Origin: Haliotis rubra
Taxonomy: Eukaryota
DNA length: 64,000 nucleotides
Direction of reading: 5' to 3'
Assembly (NCBI RefSeq): GCF_003918875.1
Contig: NW_025767157.1
Location: 1,488,001 to 1,552,000, forward strand
The notes beneath the pieces are model-generated. The model made no database searches. It was not told the DNA's origin and saw only the letters and a program-made list of their open reading frames with translations. Below are positions 24,601 through 36,800 of the stretch, in pieces (within the stretch, counting starts at the first letter, position 1; each line of letters begins with the position of its first letter). The translations under genes and the position numbers were made by a program.

Positions 24601-25717
24601 TTAATGAACATACATGTTGACTCCACATGACCCTGAGTCAAATTAATATGATCTATACAATTTCGCTTTGGGCTAGTAAATTCAAATTTATAGTCACATC
24701 GGCAGTATTTCAGCCATACCATGACATAAACAGTTATACATTCCTGATATCCATTTTGCTTTGAGCTGACTGCTAATTTCACTTACAACCACACCTACTA
24801 CTAGTAACAAAGCTACACATCTCTGCAGCTGAGATCCAGGGAGCACTTCAAATATCATTTTTTCAAGGGAAATACAACTGAGGTGTGACAGAGATGTAGA
24901 CATAGTTGGAAGTAAAATGTCAGTCTCTACACATTCATTGTAACTGTGTTGTCCTTGTTGTTGCACCAGGCTGATCATGACAATAACAATAACATACTAA
25001 TGCCAAGATAACAGACAAGTACCTGTTTGTTCATGGTTGCCATGGCTTTCGTCACACCCTTCATTGCTTGTGCCATTGCATTGTTAGACTTGAGTGTTTG
25101 GATTTTTAGTGACACTGCCTGGATGTTTGCCCGCATTGTGATGAACTTCTTCACGTAGCGCCGGGTACGGACAAGGTCTTTGGCCATCACTTTAACCGCA
25201 TCCTGTGACATACATTATTAGGTTAAAACTGGCCATTAACATTTCTGTCTTCTTAATATTCAACTATACTTTGCAACATGTCATTTGAAATTCTAAATTT
25301 TGTACTAACATACCTGTGATGATGGCTAATTGTTTCATGAAAGAATAACACATATAATGGACAACAAATTGATGACTCCTGCAACCAATATCAAATACCA
25401 TCAACCAATGCTCAAAATATGTCTTTAGGAGAAAATAATCATTTCAACCAATTTCAACCAACTGGAGGTTGTACATAAATTTAATCTGTGCTCAAGTAAT
25501 GCCATGTTGTTATGTCTGCGTAAGGACAAATGCAACAACTTACCATTTGACCCTGTTTAGCCATCTTTTTAATGTCTGCAATGACCTTCTTCTCCTGTTG
25601 CTCCATCTTTGATCTCTCCCTATCCAGATCTCTCATGGCTTTGTTGAGAGCTCTCTGATTCTGACGCAACATCTCCTCTGGCGTCTTTTTACGCCCAAAT
25701 AACCATTCGAGAGGCAT
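21698..25717 (-). CDS. CHMP2A: Charged multivesicular body protein 2A (ESCRT-III, Vps2)
   Basis: Exons 25717-25544, 25202-25023, 24372-24242, 23657-23596 and 21825-21698, with consistent phases. Protein MPLEWLFGRKKTPEEMLRQNQRALNKAMRDLDRER...AKDLVRTRRYVKKF...C-terminal MIM1 ADADLEARLNNLKRQ*. A probable non-coding first exon ends at the donor near 29255. Confidence 0.96.
21918..22074 (-). mobile_element. tRNA-derived SINE family A
   Basis: Reverse complement of family A; TSD ttgtcttga at 21911-21919 and 22077-22085. Confidence 0.88.
22918..23287 (+). mobile_element. tRNA-derived SINE family B (Meta/MESC-domain type)
   Basis: tRNA-like head; central gtcataccaaaagatgttaaaatatggtacttgttggtccctgcctggtgctcagcattaa; (CACCT)n tail; 12-bp TSD acatgtaaccta at 22906-22917 and 23288-23299. 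Confidence 0.9.
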
Positions 25718-26013
25718 GATGAATAGTTTATAGAATAACCTGAAGACAATGGATGAAATATTGTGTAAATGTAGCTTGCTGTCCTAACGAGAAGCCAATC
25801 CTACCGTAAATATTAAAACAAAAAGGTGAAATGTACCAGTTCATCTAAAAGAAAAAGAAACCATGTTTAGGCCACAGTAATAGCTCAATGTCATTTGGCA
25901 CCAAAAACTATGTCACTGCTAGTAGTTTACATAGATGTAAGCTAACATGACAATACATCAGTAAATTAAACTTGTCAAATATGACACAATAGTTCTAAAT
26001 ATCACATTCATCA

Positions 26014-27678
26014 TAGTGGTGTAGCGGTTCATCGATAGTATCGATGTTTGCATCATCAACTACGAGATACAAGTGCATCGATACAAAACACATTTAGGCA
26101 ATATATCAGGACATTTATATCGCGAGGGTCCATGATACATCAATGTATCACCACAATATGATATATCCCGATACTACTTAAGTACTACTTAAAGGAGTAT
26201 TGCATTAGGAATAGGAACAGAGTCTCTTTGAAATTCTTCTGAATTTTAAAAACAAATTGAACTTATAGGAATTTGTTTGTATCTGTTATTTTTGTTACAT
26301 GAACAAAGGAGTTGGGGTATAAGTGAAAGAGTGTGAACATTTTTCAAACTCTGTGAACTGTAGAATACTTGTCTTCAAGTAATTTAACTATGTTTTAGTT
26401 ATTTGACAAATAACACCATTTATTAACAACTATGAAAACAAAGATAAGATCAAATTTAGAAAGCAGACTTAAAGAGTTTTTTTCAGTGATTCTGAATTCT
26501 GTTAAATTACGTTGAATTGTTTGTGAAAGACTTGGTGTAGAAACACAACTTCCTCAGGGAAACTTCAGTTTCAAATATATTTATATTAGATCAAGGTATA
26601 CTGAATGTGTTTGACTGTACTTTCTTAAGCATTAAATGCTGAAATTTTATTAGATTAACAGCTCTTTAAGTGTGTGTGAATGTAACACAAGTTCTGCTGC
26701 ATGAAAAATAGAGTTTCAGTCATTTTATCTATCTGTCGCCGACAGCCTTTTATTTCTCTATCTTTCCATCAGAAGGCTGCTTCTCCACTGTCTGATATAG
26801 GGAGTTGTACGTGCTACCCGTATTTGGCTCACCACCAAAAGCACGGGCTTCTACACCTGTGACGTATGACAATTTGAATTCACATTCAATTGTCATCCGT
26901 CAGCCATCACACATGTATGGCTGACACAACATCTTCCTAATGTTGTATTTAATTCACAGGTAAGCACCCTCTCTATATCCTTTCTCTATTTCATAGTGCT
27001 AAATATCTAATTATTATCAGTTAAGTATTTTAAGTTAGTAAACATATTGTTACCGATCGCGCATAAAGTAAACATATCTATCGCGTATCACATACTAACT
27101 TAAGCACAAGCACGTAAGACAGTGTGTGAAAGTATAATTATATTATATTTTATAAACCTTTTATTATCAACACCAACTGTATATATTTTTAGCAATAATA
27201 TGATGCATCAGCTTTATGTGACGTCATCATGTAAACAATCACCATTATTCAATTGTTATATAACTATAACATATGCCACTGTGCTATTTGATTATCAATT
27301 GAATAATTAATTTGACAATTTGAATTCACATTCAGTTGTCATCCGTCAGCCATCCCACATGTATGGCTGACACAACATCTTCCTAATGTTGTATTTAATT
27401 CACAGGCAATAAACGAGATGTTTTACACGAACGAGGGTCTCTGTTCGTTATTTTGTCTGCTTGGCAAGACTCAGGCCTGAACCCGCGACATATCATATCT
27501 GTTCTGTTTTTAGAAATTGTAAAGTATCGGGATACGTATCATATCGCCACTATTGTATCGTGATGACGATCGTCTCGCAGGTCTCTTGCCAATACATTCA
27601 TGATATATCGTCTCGCCTCATTAAACTGGTATCGGGACACATATTGTCTCGCCACTTAGGCCACGATACACTGCTCTA
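26014..27678. mobile_element. hAT-type non-autonomous element in CHMP2A intron 1
   Basis: 8-bp TSD attcatca at 26006-26013 and 27679-27686; TAG...CTA imperfect TIRs; many subterminal CGATAC/GTATCG motifs. Confidence 0.8.
26734..27490 (+). mobile_element. Solo LTR, probably Gypsy-type, nested in the hAT MITE
   Basis: TGTCGC...GCGACA termini; 4-bp TSD tatc at 26730-26733 and 27491-27494; AATAAA at 27408; internal 94-bp direct repeat. Confidence 0.75.
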
Positions 27679-29255
27679 ATTCATCATTATACATTAGATT
27701 ACTTAGTAATAACATTTACACATGTGTAAGCTTTCCACAATCTACAACATAACATTATTATAAAATCCAGTGGTTGGGTGAAGAAGATTATATAGCACTA
27801 ATTAACTTCTCCCAAGGAATAAAGCAAGCAGAGATTAGTAAGGTAAGTGGTTACTGACCGTTGTTTACGAACAACACTTCAGGACGGTCAACTTATTGTC
27901 AACCATTCTGAGCTATTATTTGTCAACGATACCCAGTAACTCTCAAGCTTATTCCACAGGAAAACTTTCTGCTCCAGTGGCCACACCATGGTGTAGACTT
28001 ATGCCTGACAACTTTAAACTTGTCAAATCATGTGACATGTTCTCCTGTTTGTAAATTAATCCACTTTTCTGAAACAAGAATGGACAGGCTTGATGCAAGC
28101 CTTTTGGTTCACTTTACATATTGCTTTGGATAATCATCTTACAACTGTAACAGTGAAATGTATGAAAAAGTAGCTTCAGATATCAATGTGACTATATTGT
28201 TAGTTTTCTGTAGGGCTTCAACAATAACACTTGGATGATGAATATGTCAACGGAAATATTTTTCCTTTTTACTATCTTTACTCAATGAAAGTAAAACATT
28301 TCATGATATATGTATATCTAAATGTGTATATTCATCCAAAATGAAACTGATAACATATACATGAGCCGAATGTGTAAGATCTAATGATGAGACAGAGGTA
28401 CTTGGCTGGTCGAAAGAAACTCTGGGTAGTAGAGTGATTGGCTTCATATTTATATCCTAATCTCAGCTTTGGTAAAAAATGGGTTGCCTTATAATCATTC
28501 AAGCAATTAGTATTTTGAAATTCATTCATATGATGAACTCATGAACTTTCTTTCGCATGTGCCTCTAACAAAAAACATGTACAACGCCATTTCACTCTGA
28601 GCAGCCATTCAGTTGTCGCCTTTGCAGTAAGGGGCACTGTTCTGATTTGAGAATTGAATGAAAAGCTAAATGTGTGGCATCTCACTCAGAAATTATTGCA
28701 TGAATGATATAAAAACACACAGAACTGTCAATGTACTCTCTCTTTAAACAACATTCCCCAATTGAGTCAAATATTGATACTATTGATTTAAGTATTCCAT
28801 CCCGTTTCTAATAGTTTTCACTTTCAGGGTTAATCAAGTTTTTCATTTGTCTATAATTCATATATTCTTATAATGTTCAACCACATTAGTAAGTGGACAC
28901 GGTTAACTAACAAAATATTGTTGTTGGTAGTCTTTTATTGTTGGTTTACAGCTATGAACCTTTTACATTTTCAGTAATTTTCAAGAATATACTTCCACCT
29001 ATAACACCTACCTCGCACTGCTCCACCTGAACTGACACTAAGGACGGATAATTTTTCAATCAGTCTATGAGTAATCGTCAGATGAAGAAGTGCGTTAGAA
29101 ATCCCATGACTGTGACTACAGACTAAAGATATGTTTGCTTGTCGGAATTTACACTGCGTTAGGTCAACAAATGTGACATCTATAATCACGACACAGAGAA
29201 TGAATAACTAAGACGATGTCCTTATAATAAGTCGTGTTCGATTCTTATGACTCAC

Positions 29256-29560
29256 GAGACTTAAAAGTATGTTCACAAAGTACACAATCACTTCTTGTGA
29301 AAGACCTCTTCCGTCTTTCCAATGTTGTTGATGATGACGTCACAAATATCGTGATGTACTCTCCAATCTCTAGCACTTACGCGTATATATCGTGGATATC
29401 TTAGATATGCTAAAATTCCCGAATTTGCAATGGCTATTAACGAGTACTAACGTAATATAATCAATATCTTACTTTCTTTGTCATTTGTTCCATCTATATC
29501 CTTTGTAAGGTCAGAGGGTACTGGTATCCTAAGATGGCGGCAATGATGCAGTGATGTGCT
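29256..29560. promoter_or_regulatory. Putative bidirectional promoter shared by CHMP2A and CSDE1
   Basis: Minus-strand donor GTGAGT at 29255-29250 and plus-strand donor GTGAGC at 29826; CRE palindrome TGACGTCA at 29335-29342; YY1-type AAGATGGCGGC at 29531-29541; local CpG enrichment. Confidence 0.6.
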
Positions 29561-30827
29561 GAATTGGGGTGCGCAAAAAATTCCAGAATGTCTTATATAT
29601 GATTGTTTTGAGAGCTTTTAGTTGGTGAAAATAGACTAAAGAGTATCTTTTGTAACTGATATGCTCGTGGAATGTCTTTTCTTACTTTTATTTATCGAAC
29701 TGTGTCGTTCAAATACCAGCTGTGTTGAAGGCCATTCTTTTGCGCAAGATATTTGGACAAATGCCAAACTCAGCAAATTTTCTTTCGCCACTTTGCTTGG
29801 TTTAAAATGGTGGCGTACAATGTGGGTGAGCGTAATTAATTCCGTTGAAACAATAGTCGCTATTTTGCTTTTTTCACAATGTTAATTTCCATACTACTCG
29901 TGTACAAAACATCAGGAGGAAGCTGGAACATCTGTGCAACAACCCATTCTCCAGCTCATGTCAAAATCATTAGTAGATAGTGTAATGACCTCCTAACCTT
30001 TGTAGATCTGAAGCAGCTAGGAGAACACTTTGTTTGCACACACTTGATCATGTTCATACCCAGTTAAATGTTGCTGAATTAGGTTCCTTGAGTTTTACCC
30101 TTGTTGTGTGGTCATGGTCCCTTTAATTTCAATGATGACATGGACCTGGGTTAGATTTACTGGGAAATGGGCCAGTAATCAGTATGCTTGAGATTTTTGT
30201 TGTCAGAGGCATTTTTGTCTCCTGTAATTTGCTAGATAAAACCCCGCAGTATTAATCGCTGTTTTATTAGAATTTGCCAACCAGACTCACTCAAATGAGC
30301 TGTAGTGTTGGTATTATTTTAACTTCACTGAGCCAAAATATTAAAATAATATATTTCATACATGTTCACATGGTGATTTATGGGAAGAGGATATGGCCAT
30401 TGACCCATGTAGTTGTAAGTGCTGATTTTGCAGAGAACAGGTGATAACAAAAATAAAAATGTTGTTGATGGTTTTGTGTGTTTGTACCATGATGATGTGG
30501 ATTAGGTTCAACTTTCATGGCCCAAGACATACATTTTCATGTTGATGTACATACTCGACCTTTGTAAATATGCATTTGTAAAATAAATACTTCTTATATT
30601 GTTTTTCCAGCACTCCTTTTGGAAAAAGGGGAAGATAAAACGTTGAGTTTAACCAAGATAACGAAAACTACGGAAAACCTTTTGATACCTAAGCTAACGA
30701 ACCAGGTGCCCAATCCGTCAAAAACTAGCACACACTGCACATCTGAGGTACTATAGAGGGACAACAGCAGGACAACAAGTGATACAGAGCATTAACACAA
30801 GAATCTTCGAACAAACTTCTTCGTCCA

Positions 30828-33800
30828 ATGTCTGTCAGAAAGATGAATAGTCCTCAGTGGAAGGTACACATAGTTCAACATACCCATATCTAAAATGTAA
30901 ATGACATCAACTCTGACAAGTGTAAAAGATGATACAGCTGTGGCAATGCTATGTTAGTTGTCTTGAATCTTTGCCCTGATTATACCTTGGTTTGTCAGTG
31001 CCATACCCGTATGTGTGGGTTTCACCACGGGGAATGTACTTCATCTTTGACTTGATGCTAATCATGGGTGGTACTGTTCAAGGTGATTGATTGCATGATT
31101 CAAATCCATTTTAATATCAAGATCATGTATAGGTCTCATATAAGCATGTTCAGAAGATCGTTATATTTATTCTTCTACAGCAGTTTGGCAGTTGCATTAG
31201 TCAAGTGGTGAATGTGTTTATACTGATGGCCTGGCTTTGATTCCTGCCTTGGGTATAAATGTATTAAGCCCTTTTCAGGTCTCCTGCTATAATATTGCTT
31301 GAATATTGTCAAATGTGTAAACCTTCACCATTGCCAAGGAGGACTCTCACATTGAGCTGACACGCCTTGATATAACTGGAATACTGTTCAAAGTGGCGTT
31401 GACCCAACTCACTCTCCAGGAGTAAGCTGTCATTATGGTTCTTATTTGTGCTGATGTTTCTTCTTTTGTTTTGCATGTCAGTTTGCTACCACTGTTTTCT
31501 GTTTCTCATGACTATTAGAAATTCCAGCCGCCAGCCCAAGATCCCGCCATCATGTCTTTCCATCAGGGTCCCAACATAGTTTCATCGTACAATAATATTC
31601 CAACATCAGGCAACAATGGTCTTAGGGAAACAGGGATAATTGACAAACTTCAGGTGAGAAACCAGCTGTAGACAGGTTAGAATATATCCTGCTAACACAA
31701 TTACAAATTTAGTAACGAATTGAAACACAATAAAAAATATTGTTATTAATAGACTTATCATGCATATACAATGATACATAAACTGATGGCATATGATATG
31801 TGTACATTTCTGTGTATTGACAAAAAGACAGCACTGTAGTATATTGCTATATGTTGCTTGGAAGTTGAGTGTTTGACTTTGATAGTGATTGTACAGGAAG
31901 TCTCTGTTTTGTACATACTAGAGTAAATATTATGCAACATTGTCAGTTGTTGATTATGCAGATTCTAATGTTTAGAAATATAAAGTAACAAGCAATGTTG
32001 CACTAAAACATCCAAACTTGTTAGTAATTAAGTGATGATTTTAGCATTAATGTGGGAGAGATGTAACCTGTGAAGTGTGTGTAATAATACCTGAACATAT
32101 GCATTGTTTGTTCCAGCATTCCTATGGATTTATTCAGTGCTGTGATAGAGAAGCCAGGCTCTTTTTCCACTTCAGTGAATATAGTGGTGATATAGACACC
32201 ATGAAAATAGGAGGTACCTACATTTTCTATGTAAAACTTGAGAACCTAATTAATTGTAATTTATCAGTGAGATTATGATAGTGCTGATTCAGCTGTTCTG
32301 GAAACCTGACCATCTGACAAGATAACTTCAATATTTGTTTTCTGTTGTGTTGCAGATGCAGTGGAATTCCAAATGTCTTATGACAGGAGGACAGGGAAAC
32401 CTATCGCTGTGACTGTGGTCAAGGTTGACAACAGCATGGTTACCACAGAGATTCTCAGTGATGAGCGCTTTGTTGGCAGCATAGTTCAGGTGGCTAAACC
32501 ATCGCATGCAAAAAATGTAAGATAAATTATGTCTAAAGATGTCACTTTTTGCATTTTGGCAAATGTATACATGGCAGTTACTATTTCGGAACCAGATGCT
32601 GGTCTTGCAAAATTTGGATTGGTCAGTTATCCCAGCACTTTGGTTACAAAACTTGCCACTGTGTTGCAGTTATAGAAAATGACTGCCCTTCAAAAATGTC
32701 AAATTAGGTAAGGTCATATGTATCAGTAACAATGATAACAATGTTTAATGACAAGCAGAATTTGAAGTTAAGAGCTTTTCAAAGAACATGCTACAGATAC
32801 AATGGATGATTTGTGAAGTGTACTTGAACAAAGACAATCTTAGACACATGCTATATATGTGGTATATCCTTGTACAGGGAACAGTTGTTAACAGTCAGGA
32901 TGGACTTGGTCGAGTCACTTATGAACATAATGGGGAATGCTTCTTCCTTCCCTATGGTCTGGAGGATTTGTCTGACAGTAGTGTGAAACTCAAACCGGGT
33001 GACCAGGTCATGTTTCACATAGCCACAGATAAAAGGTAACACCCTCAAATATACCTATAACTTTCGAATTATTCTTTCTGGTGCAGAAAAAACGTATTAG
33101 GTAGTAAAGTTAAAAAGCCTTTCTCTTCTTGATATTATAAGGTGGTGTAGCCCAGTGGTTAAAGCATAAATTTGTCATGGAGATGAAATTAGTTTGATTC
33201 CCTACATAGAAACGTGGTTTGAAGCTTTTACTGGTGTTCCTTGACATGATGCTGCTGTATTATTTGCTGAACAATCTTACACAGCTGAACATATTAAAAC
33301 CACACTTATGTTTATAGAACCCACAGACTATTCCGGGGGCAGTGGGGTAGCCTAGTGGTGAAAGCGTTCGCTCGTCACGCTAAACATCCGGGTTCGATTC
33401 CCCACATGGGCACAATGTGTGAAGCCCATTTCTGGTGTCCCCCGCCATGATATTGCTAGAATATTGCTAAAGGCGGCGTAAAACTAAACTCTCTCACTCA
33501 CTCAGACTATTCCGTGTTACAAAATGTGCTTTCTTTATTCCGTGCTGCAGGAATGGTAACATACGTGCAAGGCAGATTGAGATGCTGCAGCCACCGAGCC
33601 AGCAGAGGTTCCAGGGAGTGGTGTGTTCCATGAAAGAGACGTTTGGCTTTATTGAGAGAGCCGATGTAGTGAGGGAGATATTCTTTCACTACAGTGAATT
33701 CAAGGACAACATCAATGAGCTAATACTCGGGGATGACGTGGAATTTAGTGTTCAGAATAGAAATGTAAGTGATAAGCAAAGATCATAAGAACTAGGTCTA

Positions 33801-36800
33801 TGTCCTCCATGCATGTGAAATACTAAATATGTCTTGTCACCATCTGTTGTGTGTTAGATGATGGGTGGCTCCTTTGATCTTGACTCCCAACCATAACATA
33901 AAAATTCAACTTTCAAGTGTTTATTGGACCCTCATATTGTCCTGGCTAGACACATTTTTGCACACTATTGCTTGTCACATGAGGTCATTGAGGACAATCC
34001 AGGGATCAGACTGGGCGTCCTGGTTGATTGCCTCTCATGGTCCCTCAAAAGCATTGGTTATTTGCTCATGATATCAACCTTTCTTTTGTCTTGTTAAGAC
34101 CTGATTGTGCACATACTGATGTGATATACCTGGAATATTGCTGTCTGTTATTTCAAATACCACTTGCTCAGTTTTTGACATATTCAGTTCAAAAGCATCA
34201 TCTGTTTATGGTATTGTTCATGTTTAGTGACCCGTGAAGATCCAGGGTAGAATAGGTCTTCAGTAACCCATGCTTGCCACAAAAGGCGACTATGCTTGTC
34301 GTAAGAGGCGGCTAACAGGATCGGGTGGTCAGGCTCGCTGACTTGGTTGACACATGCCATCGGTTCCCAATTGCTCATGCCGTTGATCACTGGATTGTCT
34401 GGTCCAGACTCGATTATTACAGACCGCCGCCATATAGCTGGAATATTGCAAAGTCTGGCGTAAAACTAAACTCACTCACTCATGTTTAGTGGGTGCGGTA
34501 TGGTAGCCTAATGGTTAAAGCATTTGCTCGTCATGCCGAAGACCCAGGTTCGATTCCCCACATGGGTACAATGTGTGAAGCCCATTTCTGGTGTTCCCCA
34601 CTGTGATATTGCTGGAATATTGCTGAAAGTTTGGTGTCATTCTATTCAAGTGTTTGTGATGTTGTATGTTGTTACTTTTCATATGTGCATAAGCACTGAA
34701 ACCATTTATGTTGTGTTAATCCAGATTGTGTTTATGATGAATGTGACATTTCCTTGCAGGGCAAAGAAGTTGCTGTAGATATATCTCGCTTACCAGAAGG
34801 AACTGTGATATTTGAGGATATTGGTCTGGATATGATAAAAGGAAAAGTGCTAAAAACCTTAAAGAATGGCAACAATCGTCGACAGAGTGACCCTCTTGGT
34901 GGGAGAATTATATATGAAACACCTAAAGGGTATGTTTTCAATGTACTTGTTGATCTGTTGTAATTGTCTTTGTTTTGGAAATTTAGCATGGGGTCTGTAT
35001 ATTGGAGAAAACTCTCTGCTCTGTAGTGGTGGCCCTTGAGTTTTTGTCCCCCGCCGCAACGCAGAACGGGGGACTATGTATTCAGCGGCGTCCTTCCGTA
35101 CGTCCCGATTCTTGTTAACTGTTGTACCCAATGTCTTCAAATTTGGTGACAGCCTACATTGTGAGATTATGCAGACACCAGTCAATTTGGGTGACCTTGA
35201 CCTTTTAAGGTCACCACGATACTTTGACCACTTTTCAAACTCTTGGGAGAGCGGAAGGTCGCGGGTTCGATCCCCGACCGCGTCATACCAAAAAGACGTT
35301 CAAATATGGTACTTGTTGGTCCCTGCCTGGTGCTCGGCATTAATGGGTACAGCAAGGACTGGTCGGCTCGGAGTCAGTATAATGTGTCTGAGTGGGGTAT
35401 TCATGCTTCAATGCGGCATGGTATCTCAGTGGGCTAGCACTATAAAACCAGCTTAAGTCTGGGCTAGTACAAGCAGCCACACATACACACATGCATGCAC
35501 GTCGTCATATGAGCGAAATATTCTCAAGCATGACGTAAAACCCAATTTCACCTCACCTTTCAAACTCTTGTTAACGCGATATCTCATGAAATGTTGTACC
35601 CAATGTGGTCAAATTTGGTGACAGCCTACATTGGGGGATTACGCAGACACCAGTCGATTTGGGTGACCTTGACCTTATTTTCAAGGTCACCACGACACTG
35701 ACCACTTTTTAAACTGTTAACGTGATATCTCATGCACTGTTGTACCCAGTGTCGTCAAATTTGGTGACAGCCTACATTGGGGGATTACGCAGACACCAGT
35801 TTATTTTGGTGACCTTGACCTTCAAGGTCACAATGACACTTTGCATGCTTTAACTCTTGTTAACGCGGTGTTTCATGGACTGTTGTACCCAATGTCTTCA
35901 AATTTGGTGACAGCATACATTGGGGGATTTCACAGACACCAGTTTATTTAGGTGACCTTGACCTTATTTTCAAGGTCACCACGACACTTTGAACACTTTT
36001 AACTCTTGTTAATGCGATATCTCATGTACTGTTGTACCAATGTCTTCAAATTTGGTGACAGTTTACATTTGGGTATTACACAGACACCAGTTTATTTGGG
36101 TGACCTTGACCTTATCTTCAAGGTTACCACGATACTTTGACGGCTTTTTTAAGGCGATATCTCATAAAACATTGCACCCAATGTTTTCAATTATGTTGAC
36201 AGCCTACATTGGGTGATTATGCAGACACCAGTCATTTCAGGCATCTTGTATGTGACCCAAAAAATAAAAAGTAGTAAATAAAGATATTCCATTCTTTAGC
36301 GGCGGGGGACATTGCCATATCAGTGGCAAACACTTGTTGTTGTATATGTTGTGATTTTGGTTGCGTGAAGTACGTAATCTACTTGAGATACTTTAGACGT
36401 TAGATATGAATCTGAGATAACGCAAACACTTACCAGAGGTTGCAATGGATTGGATGGTCAGACTTTATGGATTGGATTGGAGTGATCTGTTTGAATGCAT
36501 GTCATCTTACTCTGACGACATCAATCACTGCACACAGTATCAGTCACTGGATTGTCTGGCAGAGACTAAAATTTCTTGAAGATCACCGTCATATAGCTGG
36601 AGTATTGCCTACTGCAGCGTTAAGCTACAAACACTTCCTCACACATACATTAGTTGGAAATTATTCTTTTTCATAGAAATCGTCCTTGGGGTCCAAATAT
36701 GCATTTTCTGCGGCTGAAAATGTCATGTGACAGTTGTATCAATGTTTTAATAAAATATTACGTAGGGTTACCTCCCTGCCACGCATGCATGGCCAACCAG

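Noticed and set aside
36655-36670. Palindromic empty target gaaatta|atttc for DIRS copy B as evidence of site specificity
   Set aside because: The copy A target (gaacg|gtttt in element sense) shares no such pattern; one AT-rich instance is not enough.
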